A stretch of DNA of 64,000 nucleotides from Pseudomonadota bacterium (lineage in GTDB: Bacteria; Pseudomonadota; Alphaproteobacteria; Rickettsiales; SXRF01). The stretch covers positions 101,383 through 165,382 of the forward strand of contig JBBTBX010000009.1 of assembly GCA_038043465.1 (NCBI GenBank). The letters run 5' to 3'. The notes under the pieces were generated by a model, which was not told the DNA's origin, searched no databases, and saw only the letters and a program-made list of their open reading frames with translations. Every line of letters starts with the position of its first letter. Positions within the stretch are counted from its first letter, which is position 1. Positions 60,972 to 64,000 of this stretch are shown here, piece by piece. A program made the translations under genes and the position numbers.

Positions 60972-61108
60972 CCCTGCGCCTTCGGCTTCGGGTGGCTTAC
61001 GCCTTCGTAAGACGCGTGAAGGCGATAGAAACGGGAGTGTCGTCCGAAGCTCCGCTTGGAGCGTAGGATGACTGGTTGCGATAGAGTAAATATAAATCCC
61101 TTTTATAA

Positions 61109-61185
61109 GGGGGTGTAGCTCAGTTGGTTAGAGCGTCGGCCTGTCACGCCGAAGGTCGCGGGTTCGAGTCCCGTCACTCCCGCCA
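61109..61185 (+). tRNA. tRNA-Asp(GTC)
   Basis: GGGGGTG/CACTCCC acceptor stem, anticodon loop CT-GTC-AC, GTTCGA T-loop, encoded CCA. Confidence 0.97.
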
Positions 61186-62676
61186 TTTGGGACAGTCGTT
61201 GTTATTTAGGAAACTGTCGAATGGTTTTTTTAAGGTATAACAAAGGTTTCCATCCTTTAATTGCATGTTCGCAAATAGGAAATTGAGAAGCTCTCTTTTT
61301 TGCGGAATAGTCGAACTGCTCCATATTTTTGGGGCTTCGTGAGCTAAATTCAGTAGCATTTCTATACGCTTAGTGAATTCATCGTCGGCTTTGTCATAAG
61401 TTAGCACCAATTGACTTAATTCATACTGCCTGTCTTTGAGGCGACATTTTTTGGCTTCAAAATCTTCTTTGCTAATTTCACCATCCAAGCGTAAATCCAT
61501 CAAGCGGTCTAGCTTGCCCTGTATTTCGGTGTGTTCTTTTTTCAATTGTCCAACTTCAACGCTGTGATGCTCTTTTTTTAGTTGGTTGGTTTCTTTGATA
61601 TAGGCGATTGTGTCGTCTAAAAACTCTTTGTTGCGAATTCCGATGTGACGAAGCACATCTTCCACTTGTTCAATAATTTTTTCTTCACGTAACCACATTT
61701 GCTTTTCGGGGTTTTCAGATTTCCAACAGCGTAAATATGTCCATTCCGAGGTTGTGCCGTTTTCATGTTTTCTGATTTTTGTATCAGCAGTCACCACCCG
61801 CCCCTTAACCGCACAAGTTAAAAGCCCACGGAAGATATATTCCTTTTCTGCATATTTGAATGGTTTTTTGTGATGCCCCAAGCGAACCTCCTGACATTTC
61901 TGAAACAGCCACTGCGGTATCAGCGTTTCATGGCGATGTACAAACATTTCGCCTTTAATTTCCATTTCTCCGTAATAAAATTGGTGCTGCACCAAGCGGT
62001 GCATTACAGATTTTTGCAAATACATTCCTTTTTTGCTACGCAAGCCCCACTCTTTGGCTTTGCTGGTCATTTCTGAAAGCGTATATGCCCCAGTGGCGTA
62101 TTCTTCAAAAATCCGAACAATAATCGGCGCACGCACATCATCAGCAATAATTATGCTTTTACCAAAATCATCACGAGCATTGACATAGCCAATCGGTGCG
62201 GGACCAGCCCATTCACCAATACGGCGTTTATGCTCCATGCTGCGGCGAATGTTCTCGCTCATGGAATCGGTGTATGATTGTGCGAGCAAAACCCGCATAC
62301 TCCACATGGTGCGGTCGCTGGAGCGTGAATCCTTGTGAATGATAGCGTTTTCACTGTAAAAATGCAGCTCAATAGAGCCTCGTTGAATTAAATCATCCAG
62401 CAATGGAAATTCACGAAAACTACGCTGCAAACGGTCAACTTTATCGGCGATAATTGCGATTGGCTCTTTGTAGCGTTTAGCAAAGGCCAGCATTTCCATA
62501 AAATGTTTGCGGTCGCCACGGGTGGAAGATTCCACAATCTCAAATACCCGCAAAACTTGCAGTTCCTTACGCTGGCAATATTCTTGCAAACGGTGTTTTT
62601 GGGCATCTATTGAATGCCCATCTTCTTGTTCTTTTGAGGAAACCCTCGCTAAAATAACCGCCTTTTTTGCCTCCAT
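61174..62676 (-). CDS. Large serine recombinase (integrase)
   Basis: ARVSS..Q catalytic motif, DRLQR, GEWAGPAPIGY, recombinase domain, coiled coil. Confidence 0.93.
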   Translation of the reverse strand: MEAKKAVILARVSSKEQEDGHSIDAQKHRLQEYCQRKELQVLRVFEIVESSTRGDRKHFMEMLAFAKRYKEPIAIIADKVDRLQRSFREFPLLDDLIQRGSIELHFYSENAIIHKDSRSSDRTMWSMRVLLAQSYTDSMSENIRRSMEHKRRIGEWAGPAPIGYVNARDDFGKSIIIADDVRAPIIVRIFEEYATGAYTLSEMTSKAKEWGLRSKKGMYLQKSVMHRLVQHQFYYGEMEIKGEMFVHRHETLIPQWLFQKCQEVRLGHHKKPFKYAEKEYIFRGLLTCAVKGRVVTADTKIRKHENGTTSEWTYLRCWKSENPEKQMWLREEKIIEQVEDVLRHIGIRNKEFLDDTIAYIKETNQLKKEHHSVEVGQLKKEHTEIQGKLDRLMDLRLDGEISKEDFEAKKCRLKDRQYELSQLVLTYDKADDEFTKRIEMLLNLAHEAPKIWSSSTIPQKRELLNFLFANMQLKDGNLCYTLKKPFDSFLNNNDCPKWRE

Positions 62677-62746
62677 CTCAATTCCTTTCAGGTGATGCCT
62701 TAGGATAACCTATTGCATCGTGCAATCAAGGCTCAAGCACCTGTAT

Positions 62747-62998
62747 TTACTCTGTTTTTTCTATTTCCTGTAATTTGGAGCAAAAGCCCAGCCAGTTGCG
62801 GGCAGCTTCAATCGCTTCCTGTTCAGAAAGCTGGTTACCATTCATTTCCTGAATATGGTGAACGATGCGACCGAACAATTCGTTCAGACGATTACTGGAG
62901 CTATTGGTGTGAGGTAAGGAGGATTTCACATTGCCCCCACACAAGAAAAACACAAAGAAAATTGGGGGGGAAATTGGGGGAAAAAGCGAAATCGGCAA
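62747..62998 (-). CDS. Small hypothetical protein upstream of the recombinase
   Basis: The C-terminal part LSEQEAIEAARNWLGFCSKLQEI looks coding; real start uncertain. Confidence 0.4.
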   Translation of the reverse strand: MPISLFPPISPPIFFVFFLCGGNVKSSLPHTNSSSNRLNELFGRIVHHIQEMNGNQLSEQEAIEAARNWLGFCSKLQEIEKTE

Positions 62999-63085
62999 AG
63001 AGTTATTTCACAAATCTCTCGCGATGATATGTAACCAAATAGCAGATATTGTTCGCAATGTTTAGTGTTTTTTTCAAAAATCTTT

Positions 63086-63526
63086 TCAAAAAACATTTCG
63101 CCCTCCATTTCGCGGGGTGTTTCTGGGGGTGTTTCGTTTGTTTTCTAGGCGAGTGGCGATTTTGAGTAAAGCGGTGTGCCAGAGTTGCCACGCCTTAGTT
63201 CTGCCGCAACCAATGCGTTCGCAGATTTTTCGCCATGGCACATTTTCGGCACGCAGCCACACGATGCGGCGTTCGTCCTCGTCATCCAGCAGAAAAATCC
63301 ATTGGATGGTTTCTTCCATGCGGGTGATTTTTTCAGTGGATGGTGGGCCAAGGCGAGTTGGTAAAACTTCCGCAGCTAGTATTTCATTGGGTGTGCGGAT
63401 AATTTGCGGCCATGCGTTAAAATATCCGCGTACGCTCACCCGTGGCAGGCGACGCAAGGTGCGGACGGCTTCTTGAAAACGCCCTGAAATTTCTGCGATT
63501 TTGGCTTTGTCTGTGCTGTTTTCCAT
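63086..63526 (-). CDS. DUF6362-like phage-associated protein with C-terminal HTH
   Basis: RF.EAV.TLRRLP...GYFNAWP...I.RMEE...W...R.IVWLRA...W; family by recall. Confidence 0.7.
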   Translation of the reverse strand: MENSTDKAKIAEISGRFQEAVRTLRRLPRVSVRGYFNAWPQIIRTPNEILAAEVLPTRLGPPSTEKITRMEETIQWIFLLDDEDERRIVWLRAENVPWRKICERIGCGRTKAWQLWHTALLKIATRLENKRNTPRNTPRNGGRNVF

Positions 63527-63529
63527 AGT

Positions 63530-64000
63530 TTAGCCCTCCGTGATTAGTTCTATGCGGGTGATTTGCGGATTGGATTCGGCGAACCAGTAAGTTAGGTCGG
63601 CGAGGTAGTGCTGGGTGAGCCAATCTTTGATAAATTTGCTGGGGCAGCACAGGCTAACCACCGAGCCATCGCCGTATTTCAGCACTCTGGTGATAGCAAC
63701 CCGAGCCAGCCAGCTGCGGCAAGTTGGTTTGCCATATTTTCGGGTGAATTCTGTCAGCACCTTATCCCAAATGGGCTGTAATTCAGGAACGGCACAGGGC
63801 GTTGGTTTGGTTGGATAGTTACCACCTGAAAAACCGCCCTCTAAAATTTTGGCAATATGCTCGGAAGATTCCACCGCCCATGAAAGGTCAATAGTCCAGC
63901 CTTTGCCTGCTAACCTGCCGAGGCAAAATTCTGATGCCCCGATGATTTCGCAGTAATGCTGCCATGCCCGCATATCCTGCTGGAAATCATCCTTCCAGCG
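63530..64000 (-). CDS. C-terminal part of a replication-type protein with DnaA N-terminal-like domain (5' end outside window)
   Basis: W..V......YG.....SWL...PSKFIKDWLTQHY resembles DnaA_N; the frame appears open to the window edge. Confidence 0.6.
   Translation of the reverse strand, partial: RWKDDFQQDMRAWQHYCEIIGASEFCLGRLAGKGWTIDLSWAVESSEHIAKILEGGFSGGNYPTKPTPCAVPELQPIWDKVLTEFTRKYGKPTCRSWLARVAITRVLKYGDGSVVSLCCPSKFIKDWLTQHYLADLTYWFAESNPQITRIELITEG

Larger units (their letters stand above)
61174..64000. mobile_element. Left end of an integrated element (prophage or ICE-like) at tRNA-Asp, continuing beyond the window
   Basis: Integrase abutting the tRNA 3' end, followed by phage-like regulator and replication-type genes. 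Confidence 0.75.

Noticed and set aside
62958-63135. Short direct repeats (AAATTGGGGG x2, GGGGTGTTTC x2) as iterons
   Set aside because: Only two short copies of each; not enough to call an origin.

Overview
Chromosomal window of an AT-rich alphaproteobacterium, probably a Rickettsiales-related lineage. This is inferred from a stand-alone 16S rRNA gene with no linked tRNA or 23S, and from Rickettsia/Wolbachia-type palindromic repeats. It still encodes a chpT-cheA(REC)-cheW-cheY-cheB-cheR cluster, a flagellin-like gene and three tandem Flp pilins. Core genes include dapF-mtaB-ftsY, guaB, rsmB-like, ccmDEF-X-GHI, dadA, rpsU, sodB, rpmG-yajC-secD, galU-ugd, queF, ftsK-lolA, tig-clpP-clpX-hup, tRNA-Val and tRNA-Asp. 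There are five type II toxin-antitoxin modules; two sit inside conserved operons directly upstream of ftsY and lolA. An integrated element with a large serine recombinase starts at tRNA-Asp and runs off the right edge. The most unusual signal is a set of miniature repeats. One is a ~120-bp TA-flanked element with a conserved two-hairpin core and different palindromic end modules in each of its three copies. One copy sits in frame in the CcmH signal peptide, and one is nested in another repeat. REP-like and heptamer repeats also lie in frame in MtaB, FtsY and a synthase-like protein. All protein assignments are by eye from motifs and gene order; no searches were run.
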